A stretch of DNA of 32,000 nt from Candidatus Nanopusillus acidilobi (lineage in GTDB: Archaea > Nanobdellota > Nanobdellia > Nanobdellales > Nanobdellaceae). Made by a program: the position numbers and the translations under genes. The stretch lies in contig CP010514.1 in the NCBI GenBank assembly GCA_001552015.1, positions 120,001 to 152,000 of the forward strand. Reading direction: 5' to 3'. Shown piece after piece: positions 18,108 to 26,676 of this stretch. How positions within the stretch are numbered: position 1 is the stretch's first letter; the number at the start of each line of letters is the position of its first letter. The notes beneath the pieces were generated by a model. It worked only from the letters and a program-made list of their open reading frames with translations. It had not been told where the DNA came from and did not search any database.

Positions 18108-18800
18108 ATGGGTCTTTTAGAAACATATAAAAAGTCTATTGATTTAATAAAGGATCATATAATAGAGAGTTTAATATTTGGTATATTATTTTATATATTA
18201 TGGAGCTTATTATTTTTATTACCATTATTAGGAGCAGTTATATTTTCATATTTTTATCCAAGATTAGCTAATTGGTATTATACAAAAGTTACTGGAGAAA
18301 ATATTAATCCAGATTATAAAACATCATTTTTATCATTATTAATACCAAATCTATTATTTTCTATTGGTATAACTATAATATTAGCAGTATTAGTTAGTAT
18401 TTTAATACAGCTAGGATCAACTTTTTCAAATATATTGAATATCAATAATCTACAACAATTAATATTATTAGGTTTATCTAATTTCCATACTTTTACATAT
18501 GTTCTTTTAGGAATAATTATTGGTATAATTATAATAATAGTTGGTGGAATAATTTGGTTATTATTATTATATAGTATTTATGGATCTATATTAGGAAAAG
18601 TAAATAAATTATTAATAGATGCTGAGAAGTCTTTAACATTATTTGCATACTGGCTTTTATTTTATATTATTGCAGATATAATATTATTAATAATTGGTAA
18701 AATACCTTTATTGGGAAATATAATTGTAATAATTTTAAATATAATGATTGTATATCCAGCATTAAATCTAATATTACTACTAAAGGCTAAAGAATTATAA
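18108..18800 (+). CDS. Polytopic membrane protein, paralog A (unknown family)
   Basis: About 5 hydrophobic segments. It shares YY.KVTGENINPDYKT.FLSLLIPNLL and YGSILGKVNKL blocks and the LLKA.EL C-terminus with the next gene. Confidence 0.6.
   Translation: MGLLETYKKSIDLIKDHIIESLIFGILFYILWSLLFLLPLLGAVIFSYFYPRLANWYYTKVTGENINPDYKTSFLSLLIPNLLFSIGITIILAVLVSILIQLGSTFSNILNINNLQQLILLGLSNFHTFTYVLLGIIIGIIIIIVGGIIWLLLLYSIYGSILGKVNKLLIDAEKSLTLFAYWLLFYIIADIILLIIGKIPLLGNIIVIILNIMIVYPALNLILLLKAKEL
18273..18356 (+). repeat. Near-identical 84-nt patch shared with 18993-19076 (copy 1)
   Basis: Aligned by eye there are 2 mismatches in 84 nt (18283 c/a, 18324 t/g), while most of the rest of the two genes is clearly diverged. 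Confidence 0.85.
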
Positions 18801-18830
18801 TTTTTTATATCTTTTTATGATCTACTATTT

Positions 18831-19511
18831 ATGGTATTAGATATATATAAAAGGGCATTTGAATATATGGGAAAAAATTTTGCAGATAGTATATTATTTG
18901 TTATTTCAGCAGCAGTGCTAGGGTTCTTATCTATAGCATTACCAATATTAGGAGCAATAATATATTCATACTTCTATCCAAATGTAGTAGCATGGTATTA
19001 TAAAAAAGTTACTGGAGAAAATATTAATCCAGATTATAAAACAGCATTTTTATCATTATTAATACCAAATCTATTAGCATCTATAGGAATGATATTTATT
19101 CTATATGGTATTACTTCAGTATCAGTTGGATCTTTAGCATCAGCTGGATATATGAATCTATTTGGATCAACAAGTTATCAATATGTATCATATAATCCAA
19201 CATTAATAATTGTTGAATGGGTAATTATATTAATATCAATATTATTGAGTATATTACTTCTATATACATTCTATGGATCCATATTAGGAAAAGTAAATAA
19301 ATTATCAATATATTTTAAAAAATCAATGATATTGTTAGCATATATACTATTATATTCAATAATTGCATTATTAGTATTGGCTATTATATATATAATATAT
19401 GCATTAGCAATTTCAATAAATTATGGAGCAATGATATTTACTATTTTATCAATAATATTTTTAGTGCCAACAGTAACATTAATAGCACTATTAAAGGCTC
19501 AGGAATTATAA
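18831..19511 (+). CDS. Polytopic membrane protein, paralog B (unknown family)
   Basis: Same architecture and conserved blocks as 18108-18800. It lies directly upstream of the S-layer gene. Confidence 0.6.
   Translation: MVLDIYKRAFEYMGKNFADSILFVISAAVLGFLSIALPILGAIIYSYFYPNVVAWYYKKVTGENINPDYKTAFLSLLIPNLLASIGMIFILYGITSVSVGSLASAGYMNLFGSTSYQYVSYNPTLIIVEWVIILISILLSILLLYTFYGSILGKVNKLSIYFKKSMILLAYILLYSIIALLVLAIIYIIYALAISINYGAMIFTILSIIFLVPTVTLIALLKAQEL
18993..19076 (+). repeat. Near-identical 84-nt patch shared with 18273-18356 (copy 2)
   Basis: See copy 1. A second patch, 18579-18612 versus 19272-19305, has 1 mismatch in 34 nt. Confidence 0.85.
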
Positions 19512-19614
19512 TTTTTTGGATATTTTTAGTATAATAAAGTTGTTACCTATTAGTTATAATTAATTTTAATCAAAAATCGAAAACCTTTTAAATTCTATCA
19601 TAATTAATTAAATC

Positions 19615-22302
19615 ATGGAAAAAAGATATAAGGAAAAAAATCTATATAGATATTTTATGATGAGAGGTAAAACTTTGGCAGTTTTGGGAGCATTAGGAGT
19701 ATTGGGAGTAGCTATATATTCTCAAGGAGCACCAACAATAGGTCAATTAGCACAGTCTATGAAATCACAACCAACATCATGGACAGTAGTAGTAGGAGCA
19801 AATGCCAATGCAGCAGATGTTGTAGGGGCTTCAAACATAATTGCAGCTTTAGAAACATTTACAGTACCATCTACTCAAAATGTAACAGTTAGTGTAAGTT
19901 CAACAAGTACATCTCAAGTTCCATCTGGTGTATATCCATTTTACTCCTCACAAGCACCTCTTTACTTAGGTAGTAATATAAGTAGTGTATATCCAGTATT
20001 ACAAGTAGGATCAGGATCATTCCAAATAAGTGGACAAAGTTATACATACGAAGCATATGTACAACCAGCATCAGATCAAATAACATTTAATAACTTTGGA
20101 TCAGGTTCAAACTACATACCATCAGTAGGAGTAGTATCATCAAATGGTCAATTATTGAATTTAACAATATATTTCTCTCCAGCTATAAATGTAACATCCT
20201 TAACTACAAGTCCACAAGAAATAACAGTATTAGGTACATCATATTATCTATCATATAACAGTAATAATGGTTATATGTATTTGGTACCAGCTGCAAACAC
20301 ATTGACATTAAATGTTGGGCAATCAACAACAGTAGATGGATTAACAATTCAATTAGCTAATGTTGTAAAAAATCAACAAGGTACTTGGTATGCTGTATTA
20401 AATATTAATGGACAACAATATACAATACAAGTAGGTACATCACAAGTTATTGATGGAGTAAATGTATATGTAGCAAATGCATTTGCATCTGTTTTAACAT
20501 CCTCAAGTGTTAGTGCAGGTTATGCAACAATTGTTGTATCACAGGGTGGATATCAATTCTCATTAAGTTCTTCATCAACTGGAGCTAGTGTATATACATC
20601 TAGCGGTACTGCAGTTAATGGAGTAACTGTTACAACAAATTATAACTCTACAACGCAAACACTATCAGAATTACAATTTACATTTAGTTTAACATCTACA
20701 CAACCAAATGGACAATATGCATTATTAGCAGGACAGTCTTATCAATTACCAATATTTAGTGGATATGAATTATATGTTGCACCAGTTCAATTACCAACAG
20801 GTCCATTAGCATTACAATTAACTCCAAGTGGATCTAGTCAATATACATTACAATATGTTGATGCTGTAACTGGAAATACCGTATCAATACCTCTATATGT
20901 AAGTTCAAGCGGTGCTTTACAATTATTAACTACATCATCTCCAGGATTTGTAGGAACAATTACAAATAGTCAAAGTGCTGTACCAGGTGCATCTCAGTTA
21001 ACTTCAGTAAATGTATCACAAGGAGGATACTTTGCAGTAGTAGATGCAGATTTACAACAAACATATATATTCCAAGTACAATCAATAAGTACAACAACAA
21101 GTGGTGCATCTGCAACATTATATAATTATGTCACTGGACAAACTATAACAATATATAGTGGTGTACCATTTACAGTAGGATCAATAACATTAACACCTGC
21201 TATATCTTCATCTGGTGTAACACTTTCAGGTTCTGGATTGTATTATTCAAATACAGGTTTAACATTGTATGAAGGATATGATAATTATGTGTCATTAAGT
21301 TATTCAACTTCAAGTCCAGGTACATTGAATGTAACATTTGCTAAGAATTATGAACCTACAGGATGGTCTAATGAAATTATAGAAATACCATATAATACTT
21401 CAGGATTTAGCAGCTCTATAAGTATAGTACAACCAACTTTGACAGGTTATTCTGTAGGTGGAAGCTTATTAGGAAATGTAAGTATATCATCAGCGGGTAC
21501 AGCAACTCTAAATGAAACATTATCAGGATCTCCATCAAACGTAACTGCAACAGTATATGTAAATGGGTCATCTACATCCAGTGGAACTCTACAAGGATCC
21601 ATAACTGAAACACCAGTAATTACTCCAGAACAAGTTAGCTTAGTAACAACTGGAAGTAATACATATGCATACTTAGATAAAAATGGTGTATACTTAGTAG
21701 AAACTACATCATCTTCATCTAATCCAACAGTACAATTATATGCACCATCACAACCATTAACATTTAATGTAGGATTAGCACCATCAGGATACACACCATC
21801 AACAACATCTACATCAACAACTCAAACAGTAACAGTATCAGTACCAACTCCAACATCATTAATTGGAAAGGTAATATTAGATACACAAGTAACACCATCA
21901 ATGAGTGATTTAATATTAGTAGGAGGTCCAGCAGTAAATACATTAACAGCACAGGCAGTAATACAATATGTATCAAGCATGAATGCAACATTGGGTCAAG
22001 AATTACAATCATACGCAAATAGTCAAAATGGATATATATATGGTTCAGAATTAGCACCAGTATTACAACAATTAGGTATACCATTTGGACCAGGTATGGC
22101 ATTAATAATGTCATCAACACTATATCCAAACACATTAGTAATATTTGGATGGTACGGAAATGATACAACACAAGCAACAGAATTATTCGCAAACTACTTA
22201 GTAAATAATGTAGATGCAAGCGTATTCAATAATGCAACAGTAGTAGAAGTAAACGATCAACAAACAGTAAACGGATATCCAGCAGCAACACAAATACAGT
22301 AA
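19615..22302 (+). CDS. S-layer protein
   Basis: A signal-like segment GKTLAVLGALGVLGVAIYSQGA is present. The N-terminal motif is WTVVVGANANAADVVGASNIIAAL and the C-terminal motif is DLILVGGPAVNTLTAQ, as in euryarchaeal S_layer_N/S_layer_C domains. The centre is long, Ser/Thr/Gly/Val-rich and beta-rich, with many N-x-S/T sequons and an STTSTSTTQT linker. An alternative start exists at ATGATG 19657. Confidence 0.8.
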   Translation: MEKRYKEKNLYRYFMMRGKTLAVLGALGVLGVAIYSQGAPTIGQLAQSMKSQPTSWTVVVGANANAADVVGASNIIAALETFTVPSTQNVTVSVSSTSTSQVPSGVYPFYSSQAPLYLGSNISSVYPVLQVGSGSFQISGQSYTYEAYVQPASDQITFNNFGSGSNYIPSVGVVSSNGQLLNLTIYFSPAINVTSLTTSPQEITVLGTSYYLSYNSNNGYMYLVPAANTLTLNVGQSTTVDGLTIQLANVVKNQQGTWYAVLNINGQQYTIQVGTSQVIDGVNVYVANAFASVLTSSSVSAGYATIVVSQGGYQFSLSSSSTGASVYTSSGTAVNGVTVTTNYNSTTQTLSELQFTFSLTSTQPNGQYALLAGQSYQLPIFSGYELYVAPVQLPTGPLALQLTPSGSSQYTLQYVDAVTGNTVSIPLYVSSSGALQLLTTSSPGFVGTITNSQSAVPGASQLTSVNVSQGGYFAVVDADLQQTYIFQVQSISTTTSGASATLYNYVTGQTITIYSGVPFTVGSITLTPAISSSGVTLSGSGLYYSNTGLTLYEGYDNYVSLSYSTSSPGTLNVTFAKNYEPTGWSNEIIEIPYNTSGFSSSISIVQPTLTGYSVGGSLLGNVSISSAGTATLNETLSGSPSNVTATVYVNGSSTSSGTLQGSITETPVITPEQVSLVTTGSNTYAYLDKNGVYLVETTSSSSNPTVQLYAPSQPLTFNVGLAPSGYTPSTTSTSTTQTVTVSVPTPTSLIGKVILDTQVTPSMSDLILVGGPAVNTLTAQAVIQYVSSMNATLGQELQSYANSQNGYIYGSELAPVLQQLGIPFGPGMALIMSSTLYPNTLVIFGWYGNDTTQATELFANYLVNNVDASVFNNATVVEVNDQQTVNGYPAATQIQ

Positions 22303-22340
22303 AAGCTTTTTCTTAAACTTTTTATTTTTCAAAATTTTAT
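22303..22340 (+). terminator. T-rich putative archaeal terminator after the S-layer gene
   Basis: aaagcTTTTTcttaaacTTTTTaTTTTTcaaaaTTTT: three T5 runs occur within 35 nt of the stop. This is weak evidence in such AT-rich DNA. Confidence 0.3.
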
Positions 22341-22349
22341 ATCTTATTT

Positions 22350-22460
22350 ATGGATGAGGATATAAAAGAAGCTGTTAAAGATCTTATAATTATGATCATT
22401 TCAATAGGGTTAGTAATTTTTTGCATATTGGTTATCACTTTTATAAATATTATCTTATAA
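22350..22460 (+). CDS. Candidate 36-aa single-pass membrane micro-protein (not in the ORF track)
   Basis: The ATG..TAA ORF encodes MDEDIKEAVKDLIIMIISIGLVIFCILVITFINIIL, an acidic N-terminus followed by one clean hydrophobic helix. It fills the spacer between the S-layer gene and rrp42. Confidence 0.3.
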   Translation: MDEDIKEAVKDLIIMIISIGLVIFCILVITFINIIL

Positions 22461-22471
22461 ATCATTTATAA

Positions 22472-23263
22472 ATGGATATTGATTTTGAGGAGAATATTAC
22501 AGATTATATTAGAAAAATTATAAAAGAAAATTATAGGATTGATAAAAGGGGATTGTTAGAATATAGAGATATAAAAATAATAAAAAATTATGTAAAGAAT
22601 GCAGAAGGGTCTTGTTATTTAGAACTTGGAAAAACAAAAGTATTAGCAGGAGTAAAATTGGAAATAGCAGAACCATTTCAGGATAATGAAGATTCAGGTA
22701 TTCTAGTAACAACAGTAAATTTATCTCCAGTTTCTGATATTAATGTTGATATAGGACCTTCAGAAGAATCTATAGAATATTCAAGAGTTGTAGATAGAGT
22801 ATTGAGAGAATCTAGATTTATCAATGATAAAGAATTGGTAATAGAACCTGGAAAATATGTTTGGTCTGTACTATTAGATATATATGTATTAAATAATGAT
22901 GGAAATATAATTGATGCGTCAACTTTAGCATCTGTATGTGCATTAATGAATACATATTTTCCAGAATTAATTAAAGAAAATGGTGAATATAAAATAAATC
23001 CAAAAAATAAGACAAATAAAAAATTACCATTAAATAAAAATATTCCAGTAATGGTTTCATTTGCAAAAATTGATGATAAATTTGTTGTAGATCCAAATAA
23101 ATATGAAGAGGAAGCTGCAGATATGATTATACATATTGGATTATCAGATAAAATAAATGCATTACAAACAAGAAAATCAGGTCCCATATCTTTAGAAGAA
23201 TTTAATAATTTATTATCAGAGGCAGAAAAGTTTAAAGATTATTTATTAAAGAAAATACAATGA
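22472..23263 (+). CDS. rrp42: Exosome complex component Rrp42 (RNase PH-like, non-catalytic)
   Basis: YRIDKRGLLEYRDIKI...NAEGSCYLELGKTKVLAGVKLEIAEPFQDNEDSGILVTTVNLSP...SRVVDRVLRES...VWSVLLDIYVLNNDGNIIDAS matches the Rrp42 pattern. Confidence 0.85.
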   Translation: MDIDFEENITDYIRKIIKENYRIDKRGLLEYRDIKIIKNYVKNAEGSCYLELGKTKVLAGVKLEIAEPFQDNEDSGILVTTVNLSPVSDINVDIGPSEESIEYSRVVDRVLRESRFINDKELVIEPGKYVWSVLLDIYVLNNDGNIIDASTLASVCALMNTYFPELIKENGEYKINPKNKTNKKLPLNKNIPVMVSFAKIDDKFVVDPNKYEEEAADMIIHIGLSDKINALQTRKSGPISLEEFNNLLSEAEKFKDYLLKKIQ

Positions 23264-23460
23264 ATGATATTTCTAAGTTTGCTTTAGCTAGATTAATTGG
23301 TGCAAGGGCATTACAAATTGCAATGGGGGCTCCAATGATGGTAAAATTATCTAAAGAGGATTTGGAAAGAATAAGATATAATCCTGTAAAAATTGCAGAA
23401 ATAGAATATGAAAAAGGTGTTTTACCATTAAAGGCAGTTTTTAAGAAAATTAATCCTTAA
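23260..23460 (+). CDS. rpoK: DNA-directed RNA polymerase subunit K (Rpb6 homolog)
   Basis: KFALARLIGARALQIAMGAP...NPVKIAEIEYEKGVLPLK is present. The ATGA overlaps the rrp42 stop. Confidence 0.85.
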   Translation: MNDISKFALARLIGARALQIAMGAPMMVKLSKEDLERIRYNPVKIAEIEYEKGVLPLKAVFKKINP

Positions 23461-23926
23461 TATCATATACCTCATATTCCATAATTTTAAGTAAATCTTT
23501 TTTTGAAATTTTTAATAAATGATAATGTGATCCTCCCCCACAATATATTATTTGGTCATTATCTAATTCTATTATACTTTTATCAACAATTGTTTTTATC
23601 TTTTGTTTTAAACCTACAGGTGGGACAGAACCAATATCATATCCAGTAATTTCCTTTACTTCTTTTGCTTTTGCTAATCTTACTTCATTGCAATTAAAAT
23701 ATTTCTTTATTTTATTTAAATCAATCTTATCTTTTCCTAATAAAAAGCATAATAAAGGTTTTTTATCACAAATTAATAGAATACTCTTTGCAATAATTCC
23801 ATTAACCTGTTGTTCAGCATATTTTGAAGAAATAACTGGTTTTTCATATTTAATAATTTGAAATGTTATACCTAATTTATTCAAATAATTTTCTAAATAT
23901 TTTTCATCTAATAATTTTTCTTTCAT
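23450..23926 (-). CDS. YbaK/ProX-like aminoacyl-tRNA editing (deacylase) domain protein
   Basis: VRLAKAKEVKEITGYDIGSVPPVGL and ...IYCGGGSHYHLLKI are typical of the YbaK/EbsC/ProRS-associated editing domain. Its 3' end overlaps the rpoK 3' end by 11 nt. Confidence 0.75.
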   Translation of the reverse strand: MKEKLLDEKYLENYLNKLGITFQIIKYEKPVISSKYAEQQVNGIIAKSILLICDKKPLLCFLLGKDKIDLNKIKKYFNCNEVRLAKAKEVKEITGYDIGSVPPVGLKQKIKTIVDKSIIELDNDQIIYCGGGSHYHLLKISKKDLLKIMEYEVYDIKD

Positions 23927-24013
23927 AATTTAAATTAAAAATAAGATATTAATTTATATTTTTGTCTTAAATATAGTTTTTCTATTAATCCTGATATTTT
24001 ATTAAGAAATATT

Positions 24014-24086
24014 GGGGACCGCGGGGATTCGAACCCCGGACCTCCGCCTAGTCAGGGCGGCATCATGACCCCTAGACTACGGTCCC
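24014..24086 (-). tRNA. tRNA-Val (anticodon GAC), 73 nt, no encoded CCA
   Basis: Cloverleaf read by eye on the minus strand: acceptor GGGACCG/CGGUCCC; D arm GUCU-AGGGGUCA-UGAU; anticodon stem CCGCC/GGCGG with loop CUGACUA; variable AGGUC; T arm CGGGG-UUCGAAU-CCCCG; discriminator C. The stems are GC-rich in an AT-rich genome. Confidence 0.85.
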
Positions 24087-24458
24087 TTATATATTCTTTA
24101 TTTCTTTTATTGATTTTATTGTATTTTCAATATATCTTCTTATTCTTTTTCTTCTATTAATTATTTTTTTAAATATAGATTCAGCATTTCTTAAGCTTTT
24201 TCTATAGATCTTCATATACTTCTTCAATGTTTTATCATAATTACTATTGTAATATGTGCTTGTATTTCCAGCAAATGAATTTAAATATTTATATAAGGCA
24301 TCTTCATATGCAAACATATTTGTATATTCTTTATTAAATCTTTTTATATCTCTATTATCTTTTATTTTTAATTGATAAATATTTTTTAAATTTTTAACAA
24401 TTTCCTCATATATTTTTTCCAATTCTGGTGAAATATTTCTATTTTCATTCTTTTCCAT
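24087..24458 (-). CDS. Hypothetical basic protein
   Basis: ORF only. It is Lys/Arg/Asn/Tyr-rich with a C-terminal RRKRIRRY. The stop codon (24087-24089) directly abuts the tRNA 5' end (24086). Confidence 0.4.
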   Translation of the reverse strand: MEKNENRNISPELEKIYEEIVKNLKNIYQLKIKDNRDIKRFNKEYTNMFAYEDALYKYLNSFAGNTSTYYNSNYDKTLKKYMKIYRKSLRNAESIFKKIINRRKRIRRYIENTIKSIKEIKNI

Positions 24459-24489
24459 AATTATATAAAAATCTTGGTACTATATAAAT

Positions 24490-24759
24490 TTATCTTATTA
24501 TTCTAAAATCCTGATAGTTACTAATTTCTATATTTATTATATCAATTTTATCAACTCTAGCCCTTTCAGGTCCTTTTTTACATAATTCAATCATCTTATT
24601 TATATTATCTTCATCCCCCTCAAAAACAGCTTCTACAGTTCCATCAGGATTATTTTTTACATATCCTTTAATATTTAATTTCTTAGCATGTAAAAATACA
24701 AAATTCCTAAACCCAACACCTTGAACTTTTCCATATATAATTACCTTCACAGCTTTCAT
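24490..24759 (-). CDS. acyP: Acylphosphatase
   Basis: VKVIIYGKVQGVGFRNFV...KGYVKNNPDGTVEAVFEG contains the V-x-G-x-V-Q-G-V-x-F-R signature. Length is 89 aa. Confidence 0.85.
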   Translation of the reverse strand: MKAVKVIIYGKVQGVGFRNFVFLHAKKLNIKGYVKNNPDGTVEAVFEGDEDNINKMIELCKKGPERARVDKIDIINIEISNYQDFRIIR

Positions 24760-24812
24760 TCCTTATCATTTATAAATATTTTTAAATATTTAATATTCAA
24801 TGGAAAGCCGGA

Positions 24813-26165
24813 ATGAGTGAATTTATGATGAAAACTGTATTTATAAAAGATATTTTGAGAGAAGATTTTTTGGGTAAGGAGGTTGATATAAAAGGGTGGG
24901 TTTATAGAATGAGGGATATGAAGGATAAGATTTTCTTTGTAATAAGAGATTCTTCAGGAATAATACAAGCAGTTGTAAAAAAAGATAGTGTTGATCAAAA
25001 AACATGGGAAGATGCAACAAAATTCCAAATTGAAGGTTCTTTAGAAGTAAAGGGAATATTAAGAAAGGATGAAAGGGCACCTGGAGGATATGAAATAGAA
25101 GTAAAGGAAATAAAAGTATATGACTATGGAAAACCATTTCCATTAAAGGGAGATGAAGATGTAGATACAATACAAAAGTACAGACATCTATGGATAAGGA
25201 CAAGATGGTTTGCAGATGTATTAAAGATAAAGCATAGTTTAATTGTAAATGTAAGGGACTGGTTTATAAAGGATGGATGGTATGAAGTAACTCCAGCAAT
25301 ATTGGTTGGAAACGCTGCAGAAAACACTACAGAATTATTTGAAGTAAAATATTTTGAAGATAAGGCATATTTATCGCAATCAGCGCAATTATATTTAGAA
25401 GCATTAATATTTTCATTGGAAAAAGTTTATTCATTAACACCATCATTTAGAGCAGAGCTATCTAGAACAAAGAGGCATTTACATGAATATTGGCATTTTG
25501 AAATTGAAGCTGCATGGTATCATATGGAAGATATTATGAAAGTTATGGAAGAATCATTAAAATATGCAATTGAAAAAACAATTGAGGAAAGAAAATCTGA
25601 ATTTGAAGAATTAAAAAGTATAACAGGAAGAGATATAAGTGAATTAAAACAATTTGTTGAAAAACCATGGAAAATTATTACATATAAAGATGCAATAAAG
25701 AAATTGCAAGATCTTGGTGTTAATATAAAATATGGAGATGATCTAGGATCTGATGAGGAAAGATTATTAACAGAGCAATTTGATGTACCAATATTTGTTA
25801 CATATTATCCAAGAGAAGTAAAAGCATTCTATATGTATGAAGTTGGGGATGGAACAGTAAAAAACTTTGATTTACTTGCTCCAGAAGGATATGGAGAAAT
25901 AATTGGTGGATCTGAAAGAGAATGGAGATATGATATATTGCATAAAAAGATTGAAGAATGGGGATTAGATAAACTAAAAGTTAAGGTTGGAAATGAAGAA
26001 ATAAGTGCATATGAATGGTATGAAGATTTAAGAAGATATGGATCTGTTCCGCATTCTGGAATGGGATTGGGTATTGAAAGATTCTTAAGATGGGTATGTA
26101 AACTAGATCATATTAGAGATACACAACCATTCCCAAGATTGAGGGGTAGCTGGCTATATCCATAA
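24813..26165 (+). CDS. asnS: Asparaginyl-tRNA synthetase (class IIb)
   Basis: An N-terminal OB fold is followed by LFEVKYFEDKAYLSQSAQLYLEA, FRAELSRTKRHLHEYWHFEIE (motif 2), DLLAPEGYGEIIGGSERE and YGSVPHSGMGLGIERFLRW...LDHIRDTQPFPR...LYP (motif 3 and an AsnRS-type C-terminus). The true start may be ATGATG at 24825, preceded by a GAGTGA SD-like motif. Confidence 0.85.
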   Translation: MSEFMMKTVFIKDILREDFLGKEVDIKGWVYRMRDMKDKIFFVIRDSSGIIQAVVKKDSVDQKTWEDATKFQIEGSLEVKGILRKDERAPGGYEIEVKEIKVYDYGKPFPLKGDEDVDTIQKYRHLWIRTRWFADVLKIKHSLIVNVRDWFIKDGWYEVTPAILVGNAAENTTELFEVKYFEDKAYLSQSAQLYLEALIFSLEKVYSLTPSFRAELSRTKRHLHEYWHFEIEAAWYHMEDIMKVMEESLKYAIEKTIEERKSEFEELKSITGRDISELKQFVEKPWKIITYKDAIKKLQDLGVNIKYGDDLGSDEERLLTEQFDVPIFVTYYPREVKAFYMYEVGDGTVKNFDLLAPEGYGEIIGGSEREWRYDILHKKIEEWGLDKLKVKVGNEEISAYEWYEDLRRYGSVPHSGMGLGIERFLRWVCKLDHIRDTQPFPRLRGSWLYP

Positions 26166-26170
26166 TTTTT

Positions 26171-26602
26171 TTATCTATATATTGTTTTTATTCCCATAAG
26201 TTCTAATATTGAATTTTGATGATTTTTTGCAAAACCTTCAGCATGTTTTATTATTTTTCCATAAGCTTTTTCATGAAAGTCTATTCCCCATACAACAATT
26301 ATATGCGTGCTATTAAATATAGAAAATATAATCCTTATATCTCTATTTAATCTATCTGAAAATAGTGGAATTAATAAATTTCCTATTTTTATTGGTTTAC
26401 CTAATCTTTCTATTTTTCCTCTAAGTTCTTTAAGAGATTCAAATCTATCAAAAATTATTTTATATTGATTATTTAATTCTTTTTTAAGATCTTTTGTCCA
26501 TTCTTCCAAAAATTTTATATTATTTTTAATTTTTTCATAATTTACCAAATTATTACCAAATAATATAAAAATACTATATGTTCTACTAATCAATATTGCC
26601 AT
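26171..26602 (-). CDS. RelE/ParE-superfamily toxin-like protein with N- and C-terminal extensions; no adjacent antitoxin ORF
   Basis: The core FLEEWTKDLKKELNNQYKIIFDRFESLKELRGKIERLGKPI...LFSDRLNRDIRIIFSIFNSTHIIVVWGIDFHEKAYG follows the RelE/ParE pattern (F..w.k.lkKL....., g.pL....l...Rl..dyRiiY.i.....i.vl.ig.H...Y). The first 25 or so residues are hydrophobic and outside the fold, so the start is uncertain. Confidence 0.5.
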   Translation of the reverse strand: MAILISRTYSIFILFGNNLVNYEKIKNNIKFLEEWTKDLKKELNNQYKIIFDRFESLKELRGKIERLGKPIKIGNLLIPLFSDRLNRDIRIIFSIFNSTHIIVVWGIDFHEKAYGKIIKHAEGFAKNHQNSILELMGIKTIYR

Positions 26603-26646
26603 ATTAAAATAATGTTTTTACGAATTTTTTAATATTATAAAGATCA

Positions 26647-26653
26647 TTTAAAT
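26647..26653 (+). promoter_or_regulatory. TATA box (TTTAAAT) of paralog 1, centred about -27 from the ATG
   Basis: catTTTAAATtctttttatatccattataatttATG. The spacing implies a leaderless transcript. Confidence 0.5.
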
Positions 26654-26676
26654 TCTTTTTATATCCATTATAATTT

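Noticed and set aside
21447-23187. Long antisense ORFs 21447-21794, 21809-22219, 22518-22712 and 22678-23187 opposite the S-layer and rrp42 genes
   Set aside because: The sense strand has strong family-level evidence. The antisense products have no motifs and a composition dictated by the sense codons.
23927-26170. An integrated element or prophage targeting the tRNA-Val gene
   Set aside because: No integrase is present, and I found no duplicated tRNA 3' segment (att-like direct repeat). The tRNA is flanked by ordinary genes (YbaK-like, acylphosphatase, asnS).
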